From the NCBI GenBank assembly GCA_021776785.1, contig JAJFFF010000043.1, positions 4,196 through 68,195 on the forward strand: a stretch of DNA of 64,000 nucleotides, read 5' to 3'. The translations under genes were made by a program, and so were the position numbers. The DNA comes from Planctomycetota bacterium. GTDB lineage: Bacteria; Planctomycetota; PLA2. The notes below the pieces were generated by a model. It was not told the DNA's origin and searched no databases. It was given only the letters and a program-made list of their open reading frames with translations. Below, in pieces: positions 1 to 10,375 of this stretch. Numbering within the stretch: position 1 is the first letter of the stretch; every line of letters starts with the position of its first letter.

Positions 1-1318
1 TCTGAACCGCGCGCGGGTTCGTGTAGAGCTGGCGTATTTTTTTGGCCTGCGCGCGGTCTTTGACGGCGTTGCGAACGGCGCGCACCTGCGCATCGTTGAT
101 GCCGGGTCGGAGGAACGCGGCGCGCAAGAGGTACTCACGCTTTTGTTCTTCGTCGCGAATCGGCATCGGCGGGCGACGGAACAGCTCTTTTTCGCGGACG
201 CCGTTGGCGACCCCGGTCAACACCCAAAGCGAAAGGAACGCTTCGGATCGGACTAAGTGCTGCGTGTCCTTCGGATCGTCGTCTTCGAGGAGCAAGCCAA
301 GAATGTCGATGGAGGCGGCTTCGCGGACATTCAGCGTGGCGAGACCGACCGCGACATCCACGCGGATTCCGAAGTAGGGATGGCGGTACACCGTCTTGTT
401 CAAGAACAGGTTCTTAACGCGCTCGAGCGGTGCGCTCTTGCTGAGTGCTTCCAAACAAGTGCGCTGCGTCGTGTGGTCTGGTTCGCTCTCGTCGAGAAGG
501 ATCTTCTCCAACACGTCCCAAACTTTTGGTGAACCCCAAGAGGGCCGGCGCAGAATCGACGTCATCTTCATCCGCAAGATGCGTTCGTTGTCTTTATCCG
601 CGATCACTTTCAGCGCGTGATCGAGCACGAGCTCGCGCTTGCTGTCATCGACAAAGCTCAGCGTTTCGAGCGCTTCGGCGCGCACGGACACATCGAGACT
701 CTTGTTCGAGAACAACTTGATCAGGTGCGGCGCCAACCCCTTCGTCTTGAATTGGCGCAGCGCGTTCAGCGAGCCGCGGACCGCCGCGATATCAGCCGGA
801 CTCGTGGGCGCCTTGCTAATGATCTTGATCAGATGCGGCTCGGCTTCTTTGATCTTGAACCGCGCGAGCATCAGGGCGGCGCGACCGCGCGCGTCCGCAC
901 TCTCGTCTTGCAGCCAGTCGAGCAAGATGTCAGGTGTCGACGGGTCGTTTTTGGCCAGGTCGTAGCGCACCATCACGGACGCTCGCCGCGTCGAAACGAC
1001 TTTGGACTCGGCCGAGCGATTCACCGCACGCCGTTCCCCGAACGAGCCAAGCGAATTGAGAATGGCGAGCTTGCCGGCGACCTTGCCCTCGTCTTCCAAC
1101 GCGCCTTTGAGCGCCTCGATCACCATCATTCGCTTCTCGATCTTTTGCAGCGCCTTATGGGCATCTGCTGTGCCGACGCCGTCCTCGAGCTGCGAGATCG
1201 CGCGATGGATCTTCCAGCGTGTGCCGAGGTCAAAGCTGTCGGCGACGAAGTAGCCGATGACGGATACGAATGCGACGCCGGTAACGATCCGGAGGACCGG
1301 TGTGGATTTCTTGCTCAT
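1..1318 (-). CDS. HEAT-repeat-like helical protein with N-terminal membrane anchor (3' end runs off the window)
   Basis: Hand-translated from ATG 1318: MSKKSTPVLRIVTGVAFVSVIGYFV... open to position 1. HEAT-like units ARGRAALMLAR, VRAEALETL, IRVDVAVGL. Absent from the ORF track because it has no stop in the window. Confidence 0.7.
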   Translation of the reverse strand, partial: MSKKSTPVLRIVTGVAFVSVIGYFVADSFDLGTRWKIHRAISQLEDGVGTADAHKALQKIEKRMMVIEALKGALEDEGKVAGKLAILNSLGSFGERRAVNRSAESKVVSTRRASVMVRYDLAKNDPSTPDILLDWLQDESADARGRAALMLARFKIKEAEPHLIKIISKAPTSPADIAAVRGSLNALRQFKTKGLAPHLIKLFSNKSLDVSVRAEALETLSFVDDSKRELVLDHALKVIADKDNERILRMKMTSILRRPSWGSPKVWDVLEKILLDESEPDHTTQRTCLEALSKSAPLERVKNLFLNKTVYRHPYFGIRVDVAVGLATLNVREAASIDILGLLLEDDDPKDTQHLVRSEAFLSLWVLTGVANGVREKELFRRPPMPIRDEEQKREYLLRAAFLRPGINDAQVRAVRNAVKDRAQAKKIRQLYTNPRAVQ

Positions 1319-1487
1319 CTTCGAAATTCTCAGTTTGCGATTCAGCGAGTTTCCGTTGGAAGCACCGCTTTCGACCTAGCCGGGCCGATTCCCCGGCCCC
1401 TGCGAGCCAACCTCTCAGCATATCAAGTTACGCACCAAACGGCGCACATGGCTGGTCTTGCCGCTGTGGGGTATAGAATTCGCTGCC

Positions 1488-2429
1488 ATGGGTGACCTGC
1501 AGTTCGATTTTGACGCGGCGGAGACGTGTACGCTCGAAGTCGATGACGAGCAGGCGGGCGTGCGCCTCGACCAGTTCTTGGCCGTGGCCCTCAACGACTT
1601 CAGTCGAGCAGGCGTGCAGCGTCTGATCAAACTCGGTGCCGTGATTTTGAACGGGACGGCGGCTACGCGCGCATCGGTGAAGGTGCAAGAGGGCGACCAG
1701 GTCGCGGTGACGGTCCCCGCACTCAAGGAGCCGTCGGTTACTCCGCAGTCCATCGAACTCACGGTCCTGCACGAGGACGATGATGTCTTAGTGATCGACA
1801 AGGCGCCGGGCATGGCCGTGCATCCCGGGGCCGGACGACCGGATGGAACGGTCGCGAACGCGGTTGCGGCGCGCATCGGCATCGTCGGACCGCGCGACCG
1901 ACCGGGCATCGTGCATCGGTTGGACCTCGCCACGAGCGGCGTCATGGCGATCGCCAAACACGAATCCGCGCACGCCAGCCTGTCCGCGGCCTTTAAGGAG
2001 CGGGCGGTCGTCAAGGTGTACCTGGCGATCACGCACGGTGTGCTGGACTACGACGAGTACGCGATCGACGCGCCGCTCGGACGGTCTCTGCGGGATCCGA
2101 AAAAGATGGCGGTGCGCCACGATCAAGGCCGCGCGTCGTTCACGGGAGTCGCGGTGAATGAGCGCTTCGAACGCGCCTCGTTCATTGAATGTCGTCCGCG
2201 GACGGGGCGCACGCACCAGATCCGCGTCCATTTGCTGAGTACCGGCCATCCGCTGCTCGGCGACGCGACCTACGCGCGCGGTCGCGCCAACCCGGTTTCC
2301 GTGCCGCGTTTGATGTTGCACGCGAGCAGTTTGACGTTCCCGCACCCGCGGACAAACGAGCCTGTCACCGTGGAGGCGCCGGTCCCCGCCGACATGAGCG
2401 CCGTGCTCGCGCTTTTGCGCGCGAGTTGA
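1488..2429 (+). CDS. rluD: RluA/RluD family RNA pseudouridine synthase
   Basis: N-terminal S4 domain (RLDQFLA..SR), [11 protein letters not shown], catalytic [17 protein letters not shown] motifs. Confidence 0.93.
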   Translation: MGDLQFDFDAAETCTLEVDDEQAGVRLDQFLAVALNDFSRAGVQRLIKLGAVILNGTAATRASVKVQEGDQVAVTVPALKEPSVTPQSIELTVLHEDDDVLVIDKAPGMAVHPGAGRPDGTVANAVAARIGIVGPRDRPGIVHRLDLATSGVMAIAKHESAHASLSAAFKERAVVKVYLAITHGVLDYDEYAIDAPLGRSLRDPKKMAVRHDQGRASFTGVAVNERFERASFIECRPRTGRTHQIRVHLLSTGHPLLGDATYARGRANPVSVPRLMLHASSLTFPHPRTNEPVTVEAPVPADMSAVLALLRAS

Positions 2430-2454
2430 CGCTGGCCCGCGCCACGGCTACGGT
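2426..2454 (+). promoter_or_regulatory. sigma70-type promoter (TTGACG-N17-TACGGT), probably giving a leaderless mutase transcript
   Basis: TTGACG 2426-2431, 17-bp spacer, TACGGT 2449-2454, ATG 6 nt downstream, no SD. Confidence 0.6.
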
Positions 2455-2460
2455 CGGCCC

Positions 2461-4059
2461 ATGGACCGTCAAACCTGGGAGCGCGATGTCTACGGGCCCG
2501 CGCGCGCTAAGCACTCCGAACGCCGGGACTCGTTTCAAACGTCGAGCGGAATTCCGCTGGAACCCGTGTACGGCGACGGGCCGTTCCCCGGGGAGTACCC
2601 GTACGTGCGCGGCGTGCAGCCGACCATGTATCGCGGGCGCTTTTGGACGATGCGGCAGTACGCCGGATTTACGTCGGCCAAGGCGAGCAACGAACGGTAC
2701 CGCGCTCTGCTCGCGCAGGGCGCACGCGGTCTGTCGGTCGCGTTCGACTTGCCCACGCAGATCGGCTACGACTCCGATAGCCCCGAGGCGTTTGGCGAAG
2801 TCGGACGCGTCGGTGTGCCCATCAACTCGCTGCACGACATGGAAGTGTTGTTCGACCAGATCCCGCTCGACAAGGTGACCGTGTCGATGACGATCAATTC
2901 GACGGCGAGCATCTTGCTGGCGCTGCTGATCGCGGTTGCGAAACGGCGCGGGATTGACCCGTCGGCACTCGGCGGCACGATCCAAAACGACATCTTGAAG
3001 GAGTACATCGCGCGCGGGACGTATCGTTTTCCCGTCGGGCCCTCGATGCGCCTGATCACGGATACCTTTCGATACTGCGCGGACCACGTTCCGCGTTGGA
3101 ATCCGATCTCAATCAGCGGGTACCACATTCGCGAGGCCGGCGCGACGGCGGCGCAGGAGGTCGCGTTCACGCTGGCCGACGGGATCGCGTATGTCCAGGC
3201 GGCTCTCGACGCCGGTCTGGATGTGGATCGATTCGCCAGTCGGCTGTCATTTTTCTTCAACGCGCACAACAACCTGTTCGAGGAGGTCGCGAAGTTTCGC
3301 GCCGCCCGACGGATGTGGGCCAAGATCATGAAGGAGCGCTTCGGCGCCAAGAGCGAGCGCTCGTGTTGGCTTCGGTTCCACACGCAGACGGCGGGCTCGA
3401 CGCTGCAGAGCCGGCAGATTGACTGCAACGTCGTGCGTACCACGCTGCAGGCGCTGTCGGCCGTGCTCGGGGGCACGCAATCGCTGCACACCAACGGGCG
3501 CGACGAAGCGTTGGCGTTGCCGACCGAAGCGAGCGCTACGCTGGCGCTGCGGACGCAGCAGGTGATCGCGCACGAAAGCGGTGTCGCGGATGTTGTCGAT
3601 CCGCTCGGCGGCGCGCCGTTCATCGAGGCGCTCACCGACGAGGTGGAGGCGCGCGCTCAGGCATTGATTGACCGCATCGACGCCATGGGGGGGGCGGTTT
3701 CGTGCATCGCCTTCATGCAGGGCGAGATCGAGCGCAGTGCCTATCAGGCGCAAAAGCGAATCGAATCCGCCGAGGATGTGGTCGTCGGCGTGAATCGGTT
3801 TGAAGAGGGCGACGGGGCCCAACCGGAGCTCTTGGCGATCGACGACGCGGCCTACACGAGCATCTGCGTACAGCTCAAGGAGATGCGGTCGCAACGTGAC
3901 GGCGCGGCGGCCCAGCACGCCCTGGACGCGCTCACGGCCGCGTGTCGCTCGACCGACAACCTGATGCCGCCGATTCTGGCCGCGGTGGAAGCGCACGCGA
4001 CCGTCGGCGAGATCTGTGCCGCGATGGAGTCGGTGTTCGGCGTGTACCAGCCCGGATAG
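2461..4059 (+). CDS. mcmA: Methylmalonyl-CoA mutase, substrate-binding (large) subunit without the B12-binding domain
   Basis: [18 protein letters not shown] (Tyr as in MCM), [37 protein letters not shown]; no DxHxxG. Confidence 0.93.
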   Translation: MDRQTWERDVYGPARAKHSERRDSFQTSSGIPLEPVYGDGPFPGEYPYVRGVQPTMYRGRFWTMRQYAGFTSAKASNERYRALLAQGARGLSVAFDLPTQIGYDSDSPEAFGEVGRVGVPINSLHDMEVLFDQIPLDKVTVSMTINSTASILLALLIAVAKRRGIDPSALGGTIQNDILKEYIARGTYRFPVGPSMRLITDTFRYCADHVPRWNPISISGYHIREAGATAAQEVAFTLADGIAYVQAALDAGLDVDRFASRLSFFFNAHNNLFEEVAKFRAARRMWAKIMKERFGAKSERSCWLRFHTQTAGSTLQSRQIDCNVVRTTLQALSAVLGGTQSLHTNGRDEALALPTEASATLALRTQQVIAHESGVADVVDPLGGAPFIEALTDEVEARAQALIDRIDAMGGAVSCIAFMQGEIERSAYQAQKRIESAEDVVVGVNRFEEGDGAQPELLAIDDAAYTSICVQLKEMRSQRDGAAAQHALDALTAACRSTDNLMPPILAAVEAHATVGEICAAMESVFGVYQPG

Positions 4060-4065
4060 ACGCGG

Positions 4066-7000
4066 TCACTTCACTTCGATTTCGCGAATGAGCGGCCATT
4101 TCTGCGGATCGATTTCATGAGTATCGATGCGGACCAGCCGCGCGGACCCCAGCGGCGCCGGGTCGATTGCAGCGATCCCGTTTTTTGGTTTGCCAAACCC
4201 GACGATGACGGTGCCGTCGTCGCGGGTCTGGATGAGCGCTACCGATTCTTGGGCCTCGACTTGTGCGCGGCCCAGCGCGAGCGTGAACCGAATCGGTTGT
4301 TCGGGGCGCGTGACTTCGATATCGCGCCAGACCACAAGTTGACCGCGCTCTGCGCGCAAGAGGACGCGCCACTTCCCGGCATGGGGCGCGCGCAGACGAA
4401 ACACGCCGCTTTCGCCGAGCAACGCTTCGCTTCGCTGCGAACCCTGTACTTGAAAACGCGGTGGCATGAGCAGCGCGTTCCAGCCTTTCGCGTTGCCTCC
4501 GGTAATCGTCACCAGACCCTCGACACTCGGTGCGCGAGCATCGGCGACAAGCAGATCATGCTTCGTCGTGGATCCGGCGCGTACGGTGCATGTGTGGGGA
4601 ATCGGTTCGGCGCCTAAGCGCGAGCGTACGCGTTGGGCTCGCGGGTGAATCTCTTTGTCGGTCCGTGTCACAAGCCACGGGCCGGGCGTGAGCGCGTCAA
4701 AGCGAAATGCACCGTTGGCGTCGCTGCGCTGGGTTTGCGCGAATCCGTCCGCGCGCGAGATCGCGACGATGACCCCTGGAGCGGCTTTTCCGTCTTCGGT
4801 GCGCACGCGCCCCGCGATCGACCCGCCGCGTGTGATTTGCAGCGGCACGTCGTCGCCGACCGTTGCGTCGAACGCGCGTATGTCGGAACTCGCCGGAGCC
4901 AGTCCATCGGCTTCCGCGCGTACGACGAACCGTCCCTGGCCGCGCAGGGTGAGACGGTACGCTCCGTTCTTGTTGGTGCGCGTTTGGGCTGTCGGGCTTC
5001 GTTGGGATCGCACCGGGAATCTGTTCACCGTGACTATGCGGTCGGTCGGCGTCGCCTTGTGAAGCGTAACGCGCGCGTCGGCGACCGGTTTCCCGTTCGC
5101 CGTGACCGTACCGCGTATGCCTGGAAGTTCTTGAAGTTGCGCTTGCGCGTCGGCAGGGGCGGTTTCGGACGCGTAAGGACCGAGTGTTGCCAGCGCATGG
5201 TGATCCGCGTCGACGATGACCATGAACGCTCCCGCGGGCAACGGGACCTTGGCAGCGCCGTCAGCGCCGGCCTCGACATCGTCGATCGGGAGATCGAACT
5301 CGGCGTCGGGGCGCCGCATACGTACGCGGAACGTGCTCACCGCGGCGCCCTTCGTACCGGTCGCGCGAACGGTCATGTACCGAATTTTGGAAAGGCGAAG
5401 CGTGATCGTCGCTCCCGTTGCGCGGACATCAGTCCGGCGCGCCGCACCCCAGCGGCCCTCGGGATCGCGCACCTCGATGATGTAGACCGCGCCTTCCTCG
5501 GCCTCGATCTGAAACGTCCCATCGTCTTCGACGGTGGTTCCTCCGCCGCCTTCTGTGTTGTCGCCGACAAATTCGTAGGACAACTCGACGCCGCTCGCAG
5601 GTTTGCCTTCCGGGGTCAGAGCAACGCCTTGAATCGTCGCGTTCGCCGGTTTGGCTTCGAGCCTAACGATCACCCCGGCGGTCTCGCGGCCCGCGTGAAT
5701 TTCGGCCGGTGCATGCGTGCCGTTCCAGTAGTCGGCGGCTTCTACCCAGACGCGCTGCGAACCGATCGGGATTCCGGTGATCCGGAAGCGGCCATCGGCG
5801 TCCGTTGCGGTAAACGGTTGGGCCGCCACAGCCGCAAGCGGGGCATGGCGCAGGTGGTTGATATCGGCGTCGGTAAACGGGCGTTGGCTCCATCCGACCT
5901 GCGCGTGCGCAACGGGCTTACCTTCTTGATCGACGACGCGACCGACGAGCGAGCCGCCCGGTTCGAGAGCAATGTCGCCCAGGGCGGTTCGGGAGTCGCG
6001 CTTCGCCTGCGTGCGCATGGTGCGTGTGGCATACCCGTCGGCGCGAAACGAAAGATCGAGGACGGTCATGTTGTCTTTGATCTTGAGTGCGGCAACGAGC
6101 CGACCGTCAGCGCCGGCCCTCAACTCGATGATTTCGCCCGCATGGCGGATGTGGACGTCGCATCCGCTCACCGCGTTCTTGTTGGTGTCGACGACGCGAA
6201 AAGAAACGGACGAGGTCGGCGCGGCGATCGGGTTCGCGCCCGGCGCGGCCGGTGTGGAGCGCCGCGCTCGCGACGGCTCGATGCTCTCGCCGTCCTTCGA
6301 TTTAGGCACGGCATGTTTTGCGTCCGTGTCATTCGATCTTGCGTCCGCGGCGCGGGTGCGACGCGTCTCCGTGCGCGTCGGCGTGTCACTCCACGGCGCG
6401 CGGTCCGATACGTGCCATCCGAGCACGAGAAGCGCGACCACCGCGCCTCCTACGAGAAATTTTGTAGTTGTCGACAAGGCCACGGCTCCTCCAAGAGAGA
6501 GTGTTGTTCCCATGGCATCGAGGGTCGGTACGGTGAGGGCCGCGAGCGCGTTGTGCCAGCGCTTGCGATCGCCGGCGTGGCGGGCGTCCAGCGCTTGACG
6601 GAGAAGCGTCAGTCCACGTTGGATTCGCCAACGCACGGTTCCCGGCGGCGTACTTTGTTTCCGCGCGATGTCCGCAGCAGTCCAATCGCGGTAGTAGCGA
6701 AGGAGCAACGTGGTGCGGAACGGCTCTTCCAAGTTCATCACCAGCTCGGTGAGCATTTGGTGCGACTCGAGTTCGGCGAGGATCCTGTCCGGCGTGTCGG
6801 CTTGCCGATCCGGTTGGGCGACGGCGTGTTCGCGTCGACTCCGGCGGCGATTGGTTCGCGCGCGCATGCGCGCCTTGTTGCCGAGCACACGCGCAAGCCA
6901 CGGTCGCAGCGGACGGTCGGCGCGCGGGGGCTTTTCCAGGGCGGCGAGCCACGTTTCCTGTACGACGTCATCGGCCTCGGCGCGATCCCGAACCAGTCGG

Positions 7001-7077
7001 CGCGCGAGCGCGCGTGCCCATGAAGCGTGCTTGAGCAGCTCCTCGGGTCCGATCAGGGGTTCGTCGCCTCGATGCAT
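4066..7077 (-). CDS. ECF sigma-70 factor fused to a TM helix and carboxypeptidase-regulatory-like beta-sandwich repeats
   Basis: Region 2 (ADDVVQETW..PWLARVLGN), region 4 (LEEPFRTTLLLRYY..TVRWRIQRGL), TM FLVGGAVVALLVLGW, repeats GRVVDQEGKPVAHA / TDADGRFRI. Start taken at ATG 7077 because the longer ORF overlaps mce/pccB. Confidence 0.88.
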   Translation of the reverse strand: MHRGDEPLIGPEELLKHASWARALARRLVRDRAEADDVVQETWLAALEKPPRADRPLRPWLARVLGNKARMRARTNRRRSRREHAVAQPDRQADTPDRILAELESHQMLTELVMNLEEPFRTTLLLRYYRDWTAADIARKQSTPPGTVRWRIQRGLTLLRQALDARHAGDRKRWHNALAALTVPTLDAMGTTLSLGGAVALSTTTKFLVGGAVVALLVLGWHVSDRAPWSDTPTRTETRRTRAADARSNDTDAKHAVPKSKDGESIEPSRARRSTPAAPGANPIAAPTSSVSFRVVDTNKNAVSGCDVHIRHAGEIIELRAGADGRLVAALKIKDNMTVLDLSFRADGYATRTMRTQAKRDSRTALGDIALEPGGSLVGRVVDQEGKPVAHAQVGWSQRPFTDADINHLRHAPLAAVAAQPFTATDADGRFRITGIPIGSQRVWVEAADYWNGTHAPAEIHAGRETAGVIVRLEAKPANATIQGVALTPEGKPASGVELSYEFVGDNTEGGGGTTVEDDGTFQIEAEEGAVYIIEVRDPEGRWGAARRTDVRATGATITLRLSKIRYMTVRATGTKGAAVSTFRVRMRRPDAEFDLPIDDVEAGADGAAKVPLPAGAFMVIVDADHHALATLGPYASETAPADAQAQLQELPGIRGTVTANGKPVADARVTLHKATPTDRIVTVNRFPVRSQRSPTAQTRTNKNGAYRLTLRGQGRFVVRAEADGLAPASSDIRAFDATVGDDVPLQITRGGSIAGRVRTEDGKAAPGVIVAISRADGFAQTQRSDANGAFRFDALTPGPWLVTRTDKEIHPRAQRVRSRLGAEPIPHTCTVRAGSTTKHDLLVADARAPSVEGLVTITGGNAKGWNALLMPPRFQVQGSQRSEALLGESGVFRLRAPHAGKWRVLLRAERGQLVVWRDIEVTRPEQPIRFTLALGRAQVEAQESVALIQTRDDGTVIVGFGKPKNGIAAIDPAPLGSARLVRIDTHEIDPQKWPLIREIEVK

Positions 7078-7245
7078 AGAAGGTACTTGCCGCGCTTGGT
7101 CAGAGTGTTGGCGGTATTTTTTGATTCGTCGCCTGAAGCGTACGAGAACACCGTCCCGCGCGCTTAAATCCGGCCGCCAGGCGTCGAATGGGCCCTTCGC
7201 GGCATTCGTTTTTTCATCCCTCCCGGGGATGTGAATAATGCGCCT

Positions 7246-7668
7246 GTGAAAAACATCAACCATGTGGGCGTCGCGGTCGCCGATCTTGAGGCCGCGCGCG
7301 CGATCTGGGACGAGCTGCTCGGGCAGACGCCCGACGTCGAGCATGTCGCCACGCAGCGCGTTTTTGCCGCGATGTATCCGTGCGGGATCGAGTTGATCGC
7401 GCCGGAAACTGACGACAGTCCGATTTCGAAGTTTTTGGCCAAGCGTGGGAGCGGCATCCACCACGTCACGATCGAAGTCGATGACATTGATGCGCAACTC
7501 GCGCGTTTGGCGAATCGCGATGTGCGCCTGATCAACAAGTCGGCCGTTCCCGGCGTTGGAGGCAGTCGCGTTGCGTTCCTTCACCCTGCCGCGGCCGGCG
7601 GCGTTTTGGTGGAACTCAAAGAGACCGCCAAGCAAGACAAGCACGGGGAGTCCGGCAGCGATGAATAA
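7246..7668 (+). CDS. mce: Methylmalonyl-CoA epimerase (VOC family)
   Basis: [44 protein letters not shown]; pathway context. Confidence 0.88.
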   Translation: MKNINHVGVAVADLEAARAIWDELLGQTPDVEHVATQRVFAAMYPCGIELIAPETDDSPISKFLAKRGSGIHHVTIEVDDIDAQLARLANRDVRLINKSAVPGVGGSRVAFLHPAAAGGVLVELKETAKQDKHGESGSDE

Positions 7669-9190
7669 CCGAGAAGAGTTGCACCGTCGGCGCGAGGCTT
7701 CGCTGCTGGGCGGCGGGATGAAAGCGATTGAGAAACAGCACGCCAAGGGCAAGCTGACCGCGCGTGAGCGCATCGATTTGTTGCTCGACCCCGGGACGTT
7801 CATCGAGATCGATCCGTTCGTCACTCATCGCTGCACCGACTTCGGGATGGCTGCGAAAAAGATTCCCGGCGACGGCGTGATTACCGGGCACGGGCTTGTG
7901 GAAGGCCGCGCCCTCTTTGTGTTTTCGCAAGACTTCACCGTGTTCGGTGGATCGCTCAGCGGCGCGTATGCCCAAAAGATCTGCAAGATCATGGACCTGG
8001 CGATGAAGGCGGGCGTGCCCGTGGTTGGGTTGAACGACTCCGGTGGTGCGCGCATCCAGGAGGGCGTCGAGTCGCTTGGCGGGTACGCCGACATCTTTTT
8101 GCGCAACACACTGGCGTCCGGCGTCGTGCCGCAGATCTCCGCGATATTGGGGCCGTGCGCCGGGGGCGCCGTCTACTCGCCCGCGATTACGGACTTCGTT
8201 TGCATGGTCGAGAACACGAGCTACATGTTCGTTACCGGGCCCAACGTCGTCAAAACCGTCACGCACGAGGAAGTTTCGTTTGAGGACCTTGGTGGTGCGG
8301 CGACGCATGCCGGCAAGTCCGGCGTCGCGCATCTCACCGCTCCCGACGACGCCGCGTGCCTCGCGCAGGTCCGGCGGCTCCTTAGCTACATGCCGCTCAA
8401 CAACCGTGAGGATCCGCCGACGGTTGCCTGCGACGACGATCCCAACCGCATGGACGAGGCACTTGACACCATCGTCCCGGCCGATCCCGAAAAGCCTTAC
8501 GACATCAAAGACGTCGTCTCCCGTGTTGTGGACAAGGAGTCGTTTTTTGAAGTGATGCCCGAGTACGCCGGCAACATCGTGGTTGGCTTTGCTCGTCTCG
8601 GCGGGCGCGCGATCGGCGTGGTCGCAAACCAGCCCGCGTACCTTGCTGGCGTTCTCGACATCGACGCCAGCCTCAAGGGCGCGCGTTTCGTTCGCTTCTG
8701 CGACTGCTTCAACATTCCGCTCGTCACGTTTGAGGACGTTCCCGGTTTCTTGCCCGGCACGAATCAGGAGTGGGGCGGCATCATCAAACACGGCGCGAAA
8801 CTTCTCTACGCTTATTGCGAAGCCACCGTGCCGAAACTCACCGTCATCACGCGCAAAGCGTACGGCGGCGCCTACGACGTCATGAGCTCCAAGCACATTC
8901 GCGGCGACTTCAACTTTGCTTGGCCCAGCGCGGAGATCGCCGTTATGGGCGCCAAAGGCGCTGCCGAGATCATCTTCAAACGCGACATCCACTCGCCCGA
9001 AGACGAAGCGCGCTACACCGAAGAGTACAAACAGAAGTTCGCGAACCCGTTTATCGCTGCTGAGCTCGGCTACATCGACGACATCTTCGAGCCGAGGTTC
9101 ACCCGTCCGCGCCTCATCTCCGCCCTTTCGATCATGGCCACCAAAGTCGACCGAAACCCACCCAAAAAACACGGCAACATCCCCCTATAA
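7661..9190 (+). CDS. pccB: Acyl-CoA (propionyl-CoA) carboxylase beta subunit, carboxyltransferase
   Basis: [45 protein letters not shown]-terminal KKHGNIPL. Confidence 0.95.
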   Translation: MNNREELHRRREASLLGGGMKAIEKQHAKGKLTARERIDLLLDPGTFIEIDPFVTHRCTDFGMAAKKIPGDGVITGHGLVEGRALFVFSQDFTVFGGSLSGAYAQKICKIMDLAMKAGVPVVGLNDSGGARIQEGVESLGGYADIFLRNTLASGVVPQISAILGPCAGGAVYSPAITDFVCMVENTSYMFVTGPNVVKTVTHEEVSFEDLGGAATHAGKSGVAHLTAPDDAACLAQVRRLLSYMPLNNREDPPTVACDDDPNRMDEALDTIVPADPEKPYDIKDVVSRVVDKESFFEVMPEYAGNIVVGFARLGGRAIGVVANQPAYLAGVLDIDASLKGARFVRFCDCFNIPLVTFEDVPGFLPGTNQEWGGIIKHGAKLLYAYCEATVPKLTVITRKAYGGAYDVMSSKHIRGDFNFAWPSAEIAVMGAKGAAEIIFKRDIHSPEDEARYTEEYKQKFANPFIAAELGYIDDIFEPRFTRPRLISALSIMATKVDRNPPKKHGNIPL

Positions 9191-9195
9191 AAAAA

Positions 9196-9471
9196 CCCCA
9201 ATGCGGTACCGGGTTGGATTTTTTCGTCCATAAAGCATTGTTTATTAGGGGGTTACAGCGACGAGGTGCGGCAATTTTGTCGCACTTTGGACGCCTCGCG
9301 AGGCGAAGTGACAGGGCGCTGTCGTCTAGAACCGAAGCGTGGGGCTTTTCTCGGCCTCGCGGCGTGGCACAGGCGCCTAAATTGCGTCACCAATGCCGCA
9401 TGTTGACGTCATAACATCTTATGGAATAACGCTTTAGAACCGAAAAAATCCAACCCGGTACCGCATTGGGG
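9196..9471. mobile_element. MITE/REPIN-like non-autonomous element bounded by perfect 31-bp inverted repeats
   Basis: CCCCAATGCGGTACCGGGTTGGATTTTTTCG at 9196-9226 is the exact reverse complement of 9441-9471. Interior is more AT-rich. It lies between convergent pccB and pdxH. Confidence 0.6.
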
Positions 9472-9490
9472 AGGTGCCGCAATGCGGGGG

Positions 9491-10129
9491 TTAGGGGGCT
9501 AGGCGTTCGATTTGCCAGGTTTTGGTTTTTTTGTATTTCAGCCTGTCGTGTAGGCGGCTCTCTCGGCCCTGCCAGAACTCGATCGTCGTGGCGACCAGTT
9601 TGTAGCCGCCCCAGTGCGATGGGCGAGGGATGGGTTGGCCGTCGAGGCGAGCCGTGAGGTCGGCGACGCGGGTTTCGAGTTCGTCGCGGCTGGCAATCAC
9701 TTCGCTTTGGGCGGACGCGGTCGCGGCGATTTGACTGCCGCGCGGACGGCGCTGGAAGTACGCGTCGGAGCGCGCCGCGTCAATGGCGTGAACGGGGCCC
9801 CGGATGCGGACCTGGCGCTCAAACCGATCCCAAAAAAACAACATCGTCGCGGCGTTATTGTGAGCGAGCTGCTGACCCTTGGCGCTGTTGTAGTTCGTAT
9901 AAAAAACGAAGCCGTCGTCGTCGACGCCGCGACACAAGACAACGCGCGCATCCGGGGCGCCGTGCTCGTCCACCGTGGCCAGCGTAGCCGCGTCAGGAAT
10001 CGGCATGTGCGGCGCCGACTCGTCAAACCACTTGCGGAACTGAGCGATCGGATCGGGATCAAGCTCATCGAGTGTCAGCGTGCCCCACCGATAGTCTCCG
10101 TGCGGGTTGTCAGCGTCGCGATTGACCAT
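9491..10129 (-). CDS. pdxH: Pyridoxamine 5'-phosphate oxidase
   Basis: DPIAQFRKWF, ARVVL, FYTNYNSAKG, RQVRIRG, RPSHWGGY, EFWQGRESRLHDR. Confidence 0.95.
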   Translation of the reverse strand: MVNRDADNPHGDYRWGTLTLDELDPDPIAQFRKWFDESAPHMPIPDAATLATVDEHGAPDARVVLCRGVDDDGFVFYTNYNSAKGQQLAHNNAATMLFFWDRFERQVRIRGPVHAIDAARSDAYFQRRPRGSQIAATASAQSEVIASRDELETRVADLTARLDGQPIPRPSHWGGYKLVATTIEFWQGRESRLHDRLKYKKTKTWQIERLAP

Positions 10130-10375
10130 GCGTCAAGCGTACGCGGGGCGCGGCGCGACCTCCAGCCCGGGCCGCTCCGAAAGAGAGCCGGACGCCCCGG
10201 CGACCGCGCGCGGCGCCACGGGAGGAACCGAACGCCTCGCCGGCAAGCGATATCCGACGGAAAAAGCGTGAGGCCAACGACTTACGGCGGCGACCGTGAG
10301 CTTATTCACGCGCGGCGGGCGCAGGCCGGATAGTTGTGCCGTGGCGATTCGGGTGTGGTTTGCTAACTTCCCGCG

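Noticed and set aside
2461..4059. Mutase as a truncated pseudogene (no B12 domain)
   Set aside because: Two-subunit mutases are well known; the ORF is intact with a normal C-terminus.
4633..7023. 796-aa plus-strand ORF and many similar long antisense ORFs
   Set aside because: High-GC shadow frames opposite well-supported genes, with no recognisable motifs.
7078..7824. N-terminal extension of the 1252-aa ORF
   Set aside because: Overlaps mce and pccB on the opposite strand; the sigma domain begins after ATG 7077.
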